Source: Gammaproteobacteria bacterium
GTDB taxonomy: Bacteria; Pseudomonadota; Gammaproteobacteria; GCA-002705445; GCA-002716945
Reading direction: 5' to 3'
Assembly: GCA_002698665.1 (NCBI GenBank)
Contig: NZZP01000036.1
Span: 5,125-69,124 of the forward strand
Length of the DNA: 64,000 nucleotides
Position 1 is the stretch's first letter. Each line of letters opens with the position of its first letter. The notes below the pieces were generated by a model. It did no database searches and had not been told where the DNA came from. It saw only the letters and a list, made by a program, of their open reading frames with translations. Shown piece by piece: positions 12,992 through 22,832 of this stretch. A program made the translations under genes and the position numbers.

Positions 12992-13336
12992 ATGCCTAAG
13001 ATTACTTTTTTACCTAATGATGATATATGTCCAGAAGGAGCTGTTATTGAGGTACCTAAGGGTACAAGTATATGTAAAGCTGCACTTGATAATGGTATTC
13101 CGTTAGAACACGCTTGTGAGCTATCATGTGCATGCACAACATGCCATGTATATGTTATAGAGGGTATCGATTCACTTGACGATGCAACTGATGATGAAGA
13201 TGATTATTTAGACAAAGCTTGGGGGCTTAAGTCAAATTCTAGATTAAGTTGCCAGGCGATTGTTCAGGATAAAGATTTAATAATTGAAATTCCAAAATAT
13301 ACAATTAATCATGCATCAGAAAGGCATTCATCATGA
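12992..13336 (+). CDS. fdx: [2Fe-2S] ferredoxin of the ISC system
   Basis: Adrenodoxin-type cysteine pattern (CxxxxxC...CTTC...C) with an acidic C-terminus. It matches E. coli Fdx. Confidence 0.85.
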   Translation: MPKITFLPNDDICPEGAVIEVPKGTSICKAALDNGIPLEHACELSCACTTCHVYVIEGIDSLDDATDDEDDYLDKAWGLKSNSRLSCQAIVQDKDLIIEIPKYTINHASERHSS

Positions 13337-13530
13337 AACTCACATGGCTTGATACATATGAGATAGCGTTAATGCTAGATGAAAAATATCCAGATATAGA
13401 CCCTAGAGTACTAAGATTTACTGATTTACATAAATGGATCACTAACCTAGAAGACTTTGATGATGATCCAGATAAATCGAATGAGAAAATTCTTGAAGAT
13501 ATTCAAATGAAGTGGATAGATGAAAAATAA
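13333..13530 (+). CDS. iscX: Fe-S assembly protein IscX (YfhJ)
   Basis: 65 aa protein with FTDLHKWITNLEDFDDDP, close to E. coli IscX (FTDMHQWICDLEDFDDDP). Confidence 0.8.
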   Translation: MKLTWLDTYEIALMLDEKYPDIDPRVLRFTDLHKWITNLEDFDDDPDKSNEKILEDIQMKWIDEK

Positions 13531-13934
13531 TGATTATTGAACAAACTCTTGCCATAATAAAACCAGATGCGATAAATAGAAATTTGATAGGTTCTATTAT
13601 TAATTTGATAGAACAAAACAACTTAAATGTAAAAGATATTTTGATGAGGCGAATCTCCACCAAAGAAGCTAAAGAGTTTTACAAAATACATACTGATAGA
13701 GAGTTCTTTTCAAAACTCATTGAATATATGACATCTGGACCCATAGTTGTTATGCTCCTTGAAGGAGATGATGCTGTTAATAGATATAGAAAAATAATGG
13801 GTTCTACGAATCCAGATACTGCAGAAAGTGGTACTATTAGAAAATTATATGGCTTAAATACAACAGAAAATTCTGTTCATGGTTCTGATAGTATCGATAA
13901 TGCAGATATTGAGATTAAATTTTTTTTTAAGTAA
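13530..13934 (+). CDS. ndk: Nucleoside diphosphate kinase
   Basis: Canonical Ndk motifs (TLAIIKPDA, NSVHGSDS with the active-site His). Confidence 0.9.
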   Translation: MIIEQTLAIIKPDAINRNLIGSIINLIEQNNLNVKDILMRRISTKEAKEFYKIHTDREFFSKLIEYMTSGPIVVMLLEGDDAVNRYRKIMGSTNPDTAESGTIRKLYGLNTTENSVHGSDSIDNADIEIKFFFK

Positions 13935-13942
13935 TAGTTAAT

Positions 13943-15223
13943 ATGGCAAAAGATAAAATTAAATCAATTAAAGGCTTCAAAGATATCCTATCTGATGAGG
14001 TGAGATATTATAGGTATTTGGAATCTCTACTTTTACAAAAAACATTGCAACATCATATAGAGGAAATGAGATTTCCTATATTAGAAAAATCTGAACTTTT
14101 TAATAGAACTATAGGCGAATCATCTGACATTATTACTAAAGAAATGTATGATTTTATAGATAAGAATGGAGACTCTATTTGTTTGAGACCAGAAGGCACG
14201 GCGTCTTTAGTAAGAACTGCTATAGAGCATAACTTAATTTATGACCGTGGTATTAAAAAGCAAAAGTATTGGTATTATGGGCCTATGTTTCGTCATGAGA
14301 AACCTCAACGAGGTAGGTATAGACAGTTTAATCAATTTGGCATAGAATTTTTTGGATATTCAGATACCAATAGTGATTTGGAAGTAATCTCATTCGGAGA
14401 TAAATTGTTTAAAGAACTATCTTTAAAGAATATAACTCTATATGTTAATTCACTTGGAAGCCATGACGATAGAGTCAAGTATAAGAAAGTTATCGTAGAT
14501 TATTTAAGTAAATCTATTGATGTGTTGACAGATGAGCAGAAAAACACACTTTCTAAAAACCCATTACGTTTACTCGATAATAAAAGTGACAATATACAAA
14601 AATTACTTAATGGCATACCTAAGTTATATGATAATTTATCTGAATCATCTAAAAAGAGATATGACAGATTGCTTGATAAACTTACTAAGTTAGGTATCAC
14701 ATTTATCAATGATAATTCAATTGTAAGAGGGTTGGATTATTATAATGATACAGTATTTGAGTGGCGTCATGACAATTTAGGTAGCCATGGTGCCATTTGC
14801 GCAGGAGGTAGGTACGATAATTTAGTTAATTCTATTGGTGGATATGATGTGCCAGCTATTGGTTTTGCTATAGGAGTTGAGAGAGTTGTTGATTTACTTA
14901 AAAATATACCAAACAAAATCATTACATCATATACAATACCGATTATTAATTTATGCTCAGAAGATTCAATAAATTCTATAGAAATATCTGATAAACTCAG
15001 ATCCAAATATCCTACAATTGGATTTATAAATACTGATTCATCTTCAAGCTTTTCCTCTCAAGTAAAACATTCATTGAAGATTAATGATGAATTTATTATT
15101 ATAATTAATGATAAAAATGTTGAAGAAAATAAAGTTACAGTACGACATAAATCTACTAAGATGTCTGATATGAATTTATCAATAAATGAACTATATGATT
15201 TAATTGGTAAGAGTTATGAATAA
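13943..15223 (+). CDS. hisS: Histidyl-tRNA synthetase
   Basis: Class II synthetase motifs (LRPEGTASLVR, GPMFRHEKPQRGRYRQF) and a C-terminal anticodon-binding domain. hisS-yfgM-bamB-der order as in E. coli. Confidence 0.9.
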   Translation: MAKDKIKSIKGFKDILSDEVRYYRYLESLLLQKTLQHHIEEMRFPILEKSELFNRTIGESSDIITKEMYDFIDKNGDSICLRPEGTASLVRTAIEHNLIYDRGIKKQKYWYYGPMFRHEKPQRGRYRQFNQFGIEFFGYSDTNSDLEVISFGDKLFKELSLKNITLYVNSLGSHDDRVKYKKVIVDYLSKSIDVLTDEQKNTLSKNPLRLLDNKSDNIQKLLNGIPKLYDNLSESSKKRYDRLLDKLTKLGITFINDNSIVRGLDYYNDTVFEWRHDNLGSHGAICAGGRYDNLVNSIGGYDVPAIGFAIGVERVVDLLKNIPNKIITSYTIPIINLCSEDSINSIEISDKLRSKYPTIGFINTDSSSSFSSQVKHSLKINDEFIIIINDKNVEENKVTVRHKSTKMSDMNLSINELYDLIGKSYE

Positions 15224-15833
15224 TCAGTATTCAGAAGAGGAATATAAACTAATAGATTGGTTTAAGTCTAATCTGTTTAATATATTAACTGGGATATTTT
15301 TAGGATTTATTCTTATATTTAGTTATAAATACTATAATGATTCTATAGAGAATGAGCAGTATACATTATCACAAAGATATCAAGCTGCTATTTCAAAATC
15401 TAATGAACAAGATACTGATGCAATATTGATACTTTCTAATGAACTAGAAAAATCTAACCCGAATAATATATACACAGCTATGACTAACCTATATGCATCA
15501 AAAATATTGGTTGAAAGTAATAATCAAAGTGATGCACAACAGAAATTAAATTTTATCATTGAAAATTCTGATGTAGATGAGATTAAGATTATAGCGAAAC
15601 TTAGATTAGCACGACTATATATACATCAAAAATATTTTAAAAAGGCTAAAACTCTAGTTTTATCAGTTCCACAATATGAAGATAATCCTTTGTTTAATGA
15701 GATATTAGGAGATATTGAATATGCTAATAACAATATCCCTTCTGCAAGAAGGTATTATGAATTAAGTCTTGACGGTGATTTAGTACCCAACAAAAGAAAG
15801 ATTATTGAGAACAAACTTAGCTCAATAAATTGA
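15216..15833 (+). CDS. yfgM: YfgM-like membrane-anchored TPR protein
   Basis: N-terminal TM anchor and a TPR-like region (KLRLARLYIHQ aligns with E. coli YfgM NLRLARVQ). Conserved position between hisS and bamB. Confidence 0.65.
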   Translation: MNNQYSEEEYKLIDWFKSNLFNILTGIFLGFILIFSYKYYNDSIENEQYTLSQRYQAAISKSNEQDTDAILILSNELEKSNPNNIYTAMTNLYASKILVESNNQSDAQQKLNFIIENSDVDEIKIIAKLRLARLYIHQKYFKKAKTLVLSVPQYEDNPLFNEILGDIEYANNNIPSARRYYELSLDGDLVPNKRKIIENKLSSIN

Positions 15834-17041
15834 TACATATGAAAAATATAGTTAAATCATTTATTCTTTTATTTATTTCTAGCTGTTCCTATATTGATGG
15901 TTTTAATATATTTACTTCCAGCTCATCCAGTACTCAGGTTGAAAACGTCAAAGTCGAGAGATTATGGTCTAAATCTATTGGTCAGTCAAAAAATTCAAAA
16001 ACTGGTTTCTTACAACCTTTTTTATTTGAGGATACAATTTATACTATAGATACAGATGGTGTTGTTACAGCAACAAATGTCCTAAATGCTGATAAAGATT
16101 GGTCATATAATCTTGATATGGATGTTTCCTCTGGCCTTCTTTTTCATAATAATATTTTTTATTTCGGCACACCAGACGGTAAGCTCTATGGCTACCATAT
16201 TGATAAAATTTCGTCTGGCAATAGTTTTAAGGATGCCTTTGATTTCACAGGAGTTTTCGAAACAAGTGCACTCATTCCAGATATAAGCATACAACTTAAT
16301 AGTGAAATAGCATCAGCAGCTACAGGAGTTGATGACTTGGTTTTTGTCAAACTCGATGATGGTGATACTGTCGCGATAAATACTTTATCAAGTGATGTTG
16401 CATGGGTTTATAAAGGTAAAAATGTTCCATTAAGCATGAAAGGATCGGGATCAATAGCTCATAATCAATCTAATATATATGTTGCAAGAGATGATGGAAA
16501 TATAGTTTCATTAACTTCAGATAGTGGAAAGCTTAATTGGCTAATTTCTGTTTCACCAAGATCAGGTCGTAATGAACTAGAATCGCTAAGGGATATGGAA
16601 ATGACACCATTAGTTACATCTGGAGAAGTATTTACTGGAAATTATCAAGGAAATTTGGTCTCTATTGACTTATTCACTGGTAATATAATCTGGTCAAACC
16701 CTATGTCAGTAATTTCTAATGTCAGTGTAGATTATGACAATTTATATGTATCTGATAATTCAGGAAAGATTTACTCAATAGATAGGTATGATGGAACTAT
16801 AAAATGGAAAATGAGTAATCCTGATAATCTAATTTCTACACAAACATATGTTTACAATGATTATCTAATATCTTTTAGCATAGATGGACATATTATCATA
16901 TTAGATAAAGATACAGGCAAATTACTATCATTTAAGAAAATTATTGACTCTGTGGAACCGCAATCAAGTGGCTACATAATAGATAAAGTGCTTTATATAG
17001 TTAGTAAAAATGGTAGACTCAACGCAATTCAAATTAATTAA
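15830..17041 (+). CDS. bamB: Outer membrane protein assembly factor BamB (PQQ-repeat beta-propeller lipoprotein)
   Basis: Lipoprotein signal with a lipobox cysteine (LLFISSC) and repeated propeller blades. Conserved position upstream of der. Confidence 0.8.
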   Translation: MIHMKNIVKSFILLFISSCSYIDGFNIFTSSSSSTQVENVKVERLWSKSIGQSKNSKTGFLQPFLFEDTIYTIDTDGVVTATNVLNADKDWSYNLDMDVSSGLLFHNNIFYFGTPDGKLYGYHIDKISSGNSFKDAFDFTGVFETSALIPDISIQLNSEIASAATGVDDLVFVKLDDGDTVAINTLSSDVAWVYKGKNVPLSMKGSGSIAHNQSNIYVARDDGNIVSLTSDSGKLNWLISVSPRSGRNELESLRDMEMTPLVTSGEVFTGNYQGNLVSIDLFTGNIIWSNPMSVISNVSVDYDNLYVSDNSGKIYSIDRYDGTIKWKMSNPDNLISTQTYVYNDYLISFSIDGHIIILDKDTGKLLSFKKIIDSVEPQSSGYIIDKVLYIVSKNGRLNAIQIN

Positions 17042-17049
17042 TAATTGCG

Positions 17050-18354
17050 ATGGAAAATTTTATATCGATAGTTGGTAGAACTAATGTTGGGAAATCCCTT
17101 CTATTTAATAAACTTACAAAATCAAGAAAGTCTCTTGTATTAGATCACGATGGGTTAACTAGAGATATCAATATTGGGTCTATGAAATTAGGTAATGGTA
17201 TTATTCATATTCAAGATACCGGAGGGATACCTTTGGTTGAAGACAAAATTAATAATATGGTTGCTGAAAAATCATATTCATCAGTACATATATCAAAAAT
17301 CATCTTATTTGTTGTGTCTGCAAGTGATGGTTTATTAAATCAAGACTATGATATTTGCAAAAAACTTCAAAAACTTAGATGTAAAATAATATTAATTGTG
17401 AATAAATGTGATATAACAAAAAAAGAATATAACATAAACGATTTTTATAAATTAGGTATCAATGAAGTATTTCATATCTCAGCAAAAGACAATACAGGAT
17501 TATCTGAACTACAACAAAGATTATCTGATATTGCTGAAAACGAATCATCACAGAATATATTTAGACGGATATCAATAATAGGTAAACCAAATGCTGGGAA
17601 ATCTACACTAATAAATACCATATTAAAGGATAGTAGGATGATTACTTCTGATATAGCAGGGACTACTATTGATTCAATTGAAGTACCATTTATTTATAAA
17701 GAAAATCAATTCTTATTATATGATACCGCCGGAATTATACGAAAATCTAAAGCAATTTCTTTAGTACAAAAATATAGTATCAGCGCCACCCTTAAAACTA
17801 TTAAAACTACAGATATATGTGTTTTTATATTAGATGCAGAACAAGGTATAACTAAACAAGACAAAAATATTCTAAATCTTATACAAGATTCTAATAAAGC
17901 ATTCCTCATCGTAGTTAACAAAATTGATAAATTATCAAAACCATTGTTATTAGAATTAAAAAGAGAACTTCATTATTTTTCTAATATTACTGACAATGCT
18001 GAAATAATTTATATTTCTGCTTTAAAAAATCAAAATATTAAAAGATTCCTAAAAACAATATGCGATATATCTTATTCTGTTTTTAAGAGGTATAAATCTT
18101 CAGATTTGACTAAAATCCTAGAACAAGCTGTATCAGAACATCCTCCGCCAATGATAAAAAATAAAAGAATTAAGTTAAAATTTGTTCAACAATCAAAAAC
18201 TGATTCTCTTAAATTAATAATTTATGGCAATCAGACCGACAAACTACCACTTACCTATGAAAAGTACCTGAAGAATTACTTTATAGATAAACTTCAATTA
18301 GTCGGTATACCGATAAAGATTAAACTATCCAAAGAAAAAAACCCATTCAAATGA
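17050..18354 (+). CDS. der: Ribosome-biogenesis GTPase Der (EngA)
   Basis: Two tandem GTPase domains (GRTNVGKS and GKPNAGKS P-loops, DTAG motifs) plus a C-terminal KH-like domain. Confidence 0.9.
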   Translation: MENFISIVGRTNVGKSLLFNKLTKSRKSLVLDHDGLTRDINIGSMKLGNGIIHIQDTGGIPLVEDKINNMVAEKSYSSVHISKIILFVVSASDGLLNQDYDICKKLQKLRCKIILIVNKCDITKKEYNINDFYKLGINEVFHISAKDNTGLSELQQRLSDIAENESSQNIFRRISIIGKPNAGKSTLINTILKDSRMITSDIAGTTIDSIEVPFIYKENQFLLYDTAGIIRKSKAISLVQKYSISATLKTIKTTDICVFILDAEQGITKQDKNILNLIQDSNKAFLIVVNKIDKLSKPLLLELKRELHYFSNITDNAEIIYISALKNQNIKRFLKTICDISYSVFKRYKSSDLTKILEQAVSEHPPPMIKNKRIKLKFVQQSKTDSLKLIIYGNQTDKLPLTYEKYLKNYFIDKLQLVGIPIKIKLSKEKNPFK

Positions 18355-18370
18355 ATGGGTTTTTTATTTA
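18341..18370. terminator. Bidirectional rho-independent terminator between der (+) and the convergent DUF4242 gene (-)
   Basis: Hairpin CCCATTC-aaat-GAATGGG flanked by an A-run upstream and TTTTTTATTT downstream. Confidence 0.6.
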
Positions 18371-18382
18371 ATCAACTAATTA

Positions 18383-18655
18383 TTATTCAGCTGTTTTTGG
18401 ACTGATTACATTTTTTACTTCTGAAATACTGTTTGCTGGAAAACCTCCAGTTGAAGCATGTTGTTTGATTAACTCTTCATTATCAGCATTGTATACACAG
18501 TAAACTTTGTCACCAGTTACGTAACTATGAACCCATTCTATGCCAGTGCCCATATCTTTTAATATTCCACAAGATTTTTGTGATATACCCTTTAGATCAT
18601 CTTGTTTTAATTCACCAGCGCCTGGGATTTCTCTTTCTATTACATATTGCGGCAT
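18383..18655 (-). CDS. DUF4242-like small protein
   Basis: 90 aa. The N-terminal MPQYVIEREIPG and the overall pattern resemble the DUF4242 family. Assigned from memory only. Confidence 0.5.
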   Translation of the reverse strand: MPQYVIEREIPGAGELKQDDLKGISQKSCGILKDMGTGIEWVHSYVTGDKVYCVYNADNEELIKQHASTGGFPANSISEVKNVISPKTAE

Positions 18656-18696
18656 TTTACCCCTCCTTTATTTAATATATCTATTCTGCTATTAAT

Positions 18697-19539
18697 TTAC
18701 TCAAGCTTCAAGTGGAAATAATGACTAATTGTTCCATCTATAAATAATTTTGGGTTAATATATGCCTTATTCATTATTAAAGACCAATGAAGATGTGGGC
18801 CAGCAGAGGCGCCGGTATTTCCAACTTTACCTATAATTTGTCCCTTTTCAACAAATTCATTTTTATCTACAAGTACATCACTTAAGTGAATAAATAAGCT
18901 TTTTAAACCTCTACCATGATCCAAAAAGACAAATTTACCATTATAATAATAATCTCCAGTCAGAATAATTTTTCCAGACGAGGGCGCACTAATATATGTG
19001 CCTTCTGGAGCCGCTATATCTAGTCCATTATGATATCTTCCTTTTTTTCCATTATAATATCTTTCTGTGCCAAAAAAACCCGTATAAATACCATTCAATG
19101 GTTTGATAAAATCAATATCTGGATTCACATCAATCCAAACCTGTCTTGCTTTATTAAGAGTTTCTTTTTCATGTTTAATTCTCTTTAAATCTATGATAGA
19201 TGGCTGAATATATTTATTCTTAATCGTAATGTACTGTTTAGTAAAATCTTTTGGGGTCAGATTAATGTCAATAGACAAATACAAATCATCATGACTTAAA
19301 GTCAATGGATATATATCCGATTTATTATTATATGATATTCCATACATTAAAAAATACCTATCATTACGATTTATAGTAAGAATCTGGTTTTTTTTATATG
19401 CAATTTTATTATCATAGTCATTTTTAGAGATTTCATGTATGTAGACATCACCTCGAGATATAGGTATATCATTCGCAGATAAATTATTAGGCAGTATTGA
19501 TAGGATTGTTGTAGATAGAACTAATATAAAGTTTTGCAT
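18697..19539 (-). CDS. M23 family metallopeptidase (LytM/lysostaphin-like) with signal peptide
   Basis: HxxxD and HxH zinc motifs (HNGLDIA ... GPHLHWS) and an N-terminal signal sequence. Confidence 0.8.
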   Translation of the reverse strand: MQNFILVLSTTILSILPNNLSANDIPISRGDVYIHEISKNDYDNKIAYKKNQILTINRNDRYFLMYGISYNNKSDIYPLTLSHDDLYLSIDINLTPKDFTKQYITIKNKYIQPSIIDLKRIKHEKETLNKARQVWIDVNPDIDFIKPLNGIYTGFFGTERYYNGKKGRYHNGLDIAAPEGTYISAPSSGKIILTGDYYYNGKFVFLDHGRGLKSLFIHLSDVLVDKNEFVEKGQIIGKVGNTGASAGPHLHWSLIMNKAYINPKLFIDGTISHYFHLKLE

Positions 19540-19548
19540 ATAAATACA

Positions 19549-19932
19549 TCAATTTAGAATATGGCCAGTATCCTTCCACCCTTTTCTGGTATATTTGGTT
19601 GTAATTGTAGTAATAATACCACCCCTAACTTTCCAATATCCTATAACAGACATATATCGTGGTTTAATTAATTGAGTTAAATCACGTAGAATATTATTAG
19701 TATTATCTTCATGGAATGCGCCTACATCTCTATATGATGCCATGTATAGTTTGAGTGACTTAAGCTCTATACATAATTTATCTGGTACAATATTTATGGC
19801 AAATTCAGCAAAATCAGGCTGTCCAGTGAGTGGGCAGAGACATGTAAATTCCGGAATATCCATGGTAATGAGATAGTCTGTATTAGGGTGTGGATTTTTA
19901 AATGTATCTAGTAATATAGTTTTAGTTTTCAC
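19549..19932 (-). CDS. queF: NADPH-dependent 7-cyano-7-deazaguanine reductase QueF, unimodular (type I)
   Basis: QueF motif E(S/L)K(S/A)hK(L/Y)(Y/F/W) is present as ELKSLKLYM. The catalytic Cys is in CLCPLTGQPDFA. The 127 aa length indicates the single-domain type. Confidence 0.8.
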   Translation of the reverse strand: MKTKTILLDTFKNPHPNTDYLITMDIPEFTCLCPLTGQPDFAEFAINIVPDKLCIELKSLKLYMASYRDVGAFHEDNTNNILRDLTQLIKPRYMSVIGYWKVRGGIITTITTKYTRKGWKDTGHILN

Positions 19933-19995
19933 AATAAACCTCCTGATAGTAGTATTATACCTAAGATTTTATTATAATCTATTTAAGGGTTTTCT

Positions 19996-22830
19996 ATGCG
20001 TCTTACTAAAATCAAATTGGCAGGTTTTAAAACTTTTGTTGATCCAACGACTTTGTCATTTCCGAGCAATCTTACAGGTATAATAGGTCCAAATGGCTGT
20101 GGCAAATCAAATATTATCGATGCGATAAGATGGGTTATGGGCGAATCCTCAGCAAGAAACTTGAGGGGCGATTCAATGGAAGATGTGATATTTTCTGGGT
20201 CATCATCTCGATCTGAAGTTAGCAAGGCTTTTATCGAACTATATTTTGATAATGAAACTAATACATTAGATACAAAATTCGCAAGATATAGTGAAATTGT
20301 CATTAGAAGAGAAGTTTCAAGAGATGGAAGCTCTAATTACTACCTCAATAGTTCAAAATGTAGACGAAAAGATATTAGAGAGGTTTTTTTAGGTACAGGT
20401 TTGGGACCAAGAAGTTATGCGATAATTGAACAAGGTATGATATCGAGGCTAGTCGAATCTAAACCCGAAGATTTAAGAACATATCTCGAGGAAGCAGCTG
20501 GCATTAGCAAATATAAAGAAAAAAGAAGAGAAACTGAGTTACGTTTAAAACATACTAAAGAAAATTTAAATAGATTAAATGATGTAATGAAAGAAATTAC
20601 ATCTCAACTTAATAAACTTGAACGACAAGCAAAAGCAGCAAAAGATTACAAAGAATTAAAAAACTCCGAGAGAGATCTTAAGGTAGAATTATTAGCTATT
20701 AAATGGAACAATTATGATCAAGATATTGAAGACATAGATAAGAAAATAAGCAAAGATAATATTGAAAGTGAAAAACAAAAATCATTGCTAACAAATAAAG
20801 ATAAACTTATCGAAGAAACAAGAGTGAGTATAAATAACCAGCAAGATAAATTTAATTCGATGCAATCTGATTTTTATCAAGTAGGAAGTGAAATTGCGAA
20901 ATGTGAGAAGGATATTGAGCATTCTCAAGAATCTGAATCTTCAAGAAAGAAATCTATTGATGAGATTAATAGTAATATATTAAATATTAAAGAAAATACG
21001 ACAAAAGAAAAAAATAGATTAGATAATATTAAAAGAAATTTCTCAAATAATCAAGATGATCTCAAAGCTGTTAATAAAGAATTAGAAACCTTAGATAAAC
21101 AAAAAAAAGAATCAAATTTTGCACTTCAGAACTGGCAAAGCAGATATAACGAGTTTATATCACAACAACTAGAAACAAAAAATAAACAGGAAATAGAAAA
21201 AACAAAAATAACTGCATCAGAAAAGTCAATTGAGTTATTATCTAAAAGGCTTAAGATACTCGAGTCATACACAATCAAAGAAGATAGAAATTTGTCTGAC
21301 AAAGGTGATATTTTAGAGAATACTAAGACCCTTCAAGAGAAAATTTCTTCACTTTTGATAGATATCCAGCGCTCAGAATCGTACAAACAAAAAAAAGATA
21401 AGCTTCTTCAGTTATTGCCCAAAACAATTAGAGATATTACAGATAACATAAAATATATTTTGAAAAAAATAAAACTTTTGGTTAGATCACAAGAAGATGA
21501 AATAACTGATATCAAAGTTAAAATGGATGATTATAAACATAGCATCAAAACAGCCTATAATATTGTTGGTACTCTCCAAAAAGATATAGATTCGAATGAT
21601 CATAAACAAGTTATTTTAGAAAAAGAGAAGATTGAATTTAAGCAAATTATTGATCAAGTTAGCTGGAAAACTGATGAACTAAGGAGTCGGCAAAATGATA
21701 TAAATATAGTCATGTCTTCTTTAGCATCTGAAGAGACTGCTGTTTTAAAGAATATTGATAGACTCATTGAAGAAAAAAATCAATTAGAGGATAGAAAATT
21801 AACCTTATTATCGAGTGATAGCACTCCAAAAAAACCGTCGACTGATATGCAGAATCAGCTTAAAAAACTTCTTAATGATAAAAAAATTAAAGAAAAAAAA
21901 TTATCTATTTTACGTGAATCATTAGAGTCATTGGATGGAAAAATCAAATTATATGAAACAGATAAGTCTAGAATAAATACAGAGCTATCCTCACTCATCG
22001 ACAACATTCAAACTATGAAAATATCTTTGACACAAAAAACTGCCGAGAGAGATTCTTTAAAAATTAATTCAGAGCTCCCTGAAGAAGATATTAATGAAGC
22101 TATAGCAAATAATAGTAGCAATAAGAACATTGATACCTTAAATAAAGACATAGACAAAATACAAAATAAAGTCAATCACTTAGGAGCTATTAATTTGGCT
22201 GCTATTGATGAATTGAATGAACAAAAAGAAAGAAAATCATACTTAGACATGCAATATGAAGATCTGTCTAAGTCCGTATCTACTCTTGAAAGTGCTATTA
22301 AGAAAATTGATAATGAAACAAAATCAAAATTTAAAGAAATATTTGATAACATTAATAGTAATCTTAATTTATTTTTTACTAAAATATTTGGTGGAGGTAA
22401 AGCATATCTCGAATTAACTGATAATGATTTACTGAATACTGGCGTAATGATAAAGGCTAGACCTCCAGGTAAACTAGTAAAAAATATTAATTTATTATCT
22501 GGCGGTGAGAAAGCTGGTACAGGTATAGCTTTTGTGTTTTCAATCTTTACTATCAACCCTGCACCATTTTGTTTGCTTGATGAAGTTGATGCGCCTTTAG
22601 ATGAAGCTAATAATAATAGGTTCTGTCAAGTTGTGAAAGAGATGTCTGAAAATGTTCAGTTTATCTTCATTACTCATAATAAATCAACTATGGAACTTGC
22701 AGATATTCTTTCTGGTGTGACAATGAAAGAAGCTGGTGTTTCTAAATTAGTATCAGTTAACGTTAATGAGGCTGTTGATTTATCGATGAATAAAAATACA
22801 CTAGATGCAACACCTACTAGCCCAAACTAA
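19996..22830 (+). CDS. smc: Chromosome segregation protein SMC (short form, 944 aa)
   Basis: Canonical SMC head. N-terminal Walker A (GPNGCGKSNIIDAIRWVMGE), C-terminal signature LSGGEKA, Walker B (FCLLDEVDAPLDEAN), and a long K/E-rich coiled coil. smc-ligA order as in Pseudomonas. Confidence 0.85.
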   Translation: MRLTKIKLAGFKTFVDPTTLSFPSNLTGIIGPNGCGKSNIIDAIRWVMGESSARNLRGDSMEDVIFSGSSSRSEVSKAFIELYFDNETNTLDTKFARYSEIVIRREVSRDGSSNYYLNSSKCRRKDIREVFLGTGLGPRSYAIIEQGMISRLVESKPEDLRTYLEEAAGISKYKEKRRETELRLKHTKENLNRLNDVMKEITSQLNKLERQAKAAKDYKELKNSERDLKVELLAIKWNNYDQDIEDIDKKISKDNIESEKQKSLLTNKDKLIEETRVSINNQQDKFNSMQSDFYQVGSEIAKCEKDIEHSQESESSRKKSIDEINSNILNIKENTTKEKNRLDNIKRNFSNNQDDLKAVNKELETLDKQKKESNFALQNWQSRYNEFISQQLETKNKQEIEKTKITASEKSIELLSKRLKILESYTIKEDRNLSDKGDILENTKTLQEKISSLLIDIQRSESYKQKKDKLLQLLPKTIRDITDNIKYILKKIKLLVRSQEDEITDIKVKMDDYKHSIKTAYNIVGTLQKDIDSNDHKQVILEKEKIEFKQIIDQVSWKTDELRSRQNDINIVMSSLASEETAVLKNIDRLIEEKNQLEDRKLTLLSSDSTPKKPSTDMQNQLKKLLNDKKIKEKKLSILRESLESLDGKIKLYETDKSRINTELSSLIDNIQTMKISLTQKTAERDSLKINSELPEEDINEAIANNSSNKNIDTLNKDIDKIQNKVNHLGAINLAAIDELNEQKERKSYLDMQYEDLSKSVSTLESAIKKIDNETKSKFKEIFDNINSNLNLFFTKIFGGGKAYLELTDNDLLNTGVMIKARPPGKLVKNINLLSGGEKAGTGIAFVFSIFTINPAPFCLLDEVDAPLDEANNNRFCQVVKEMSENVQFIFITHNKSTMELADILSGVTMKEAGVSKLVSVNVNEAVDLSMNKNTLDATPTSPN

Positions 22831-22832
22831 AC

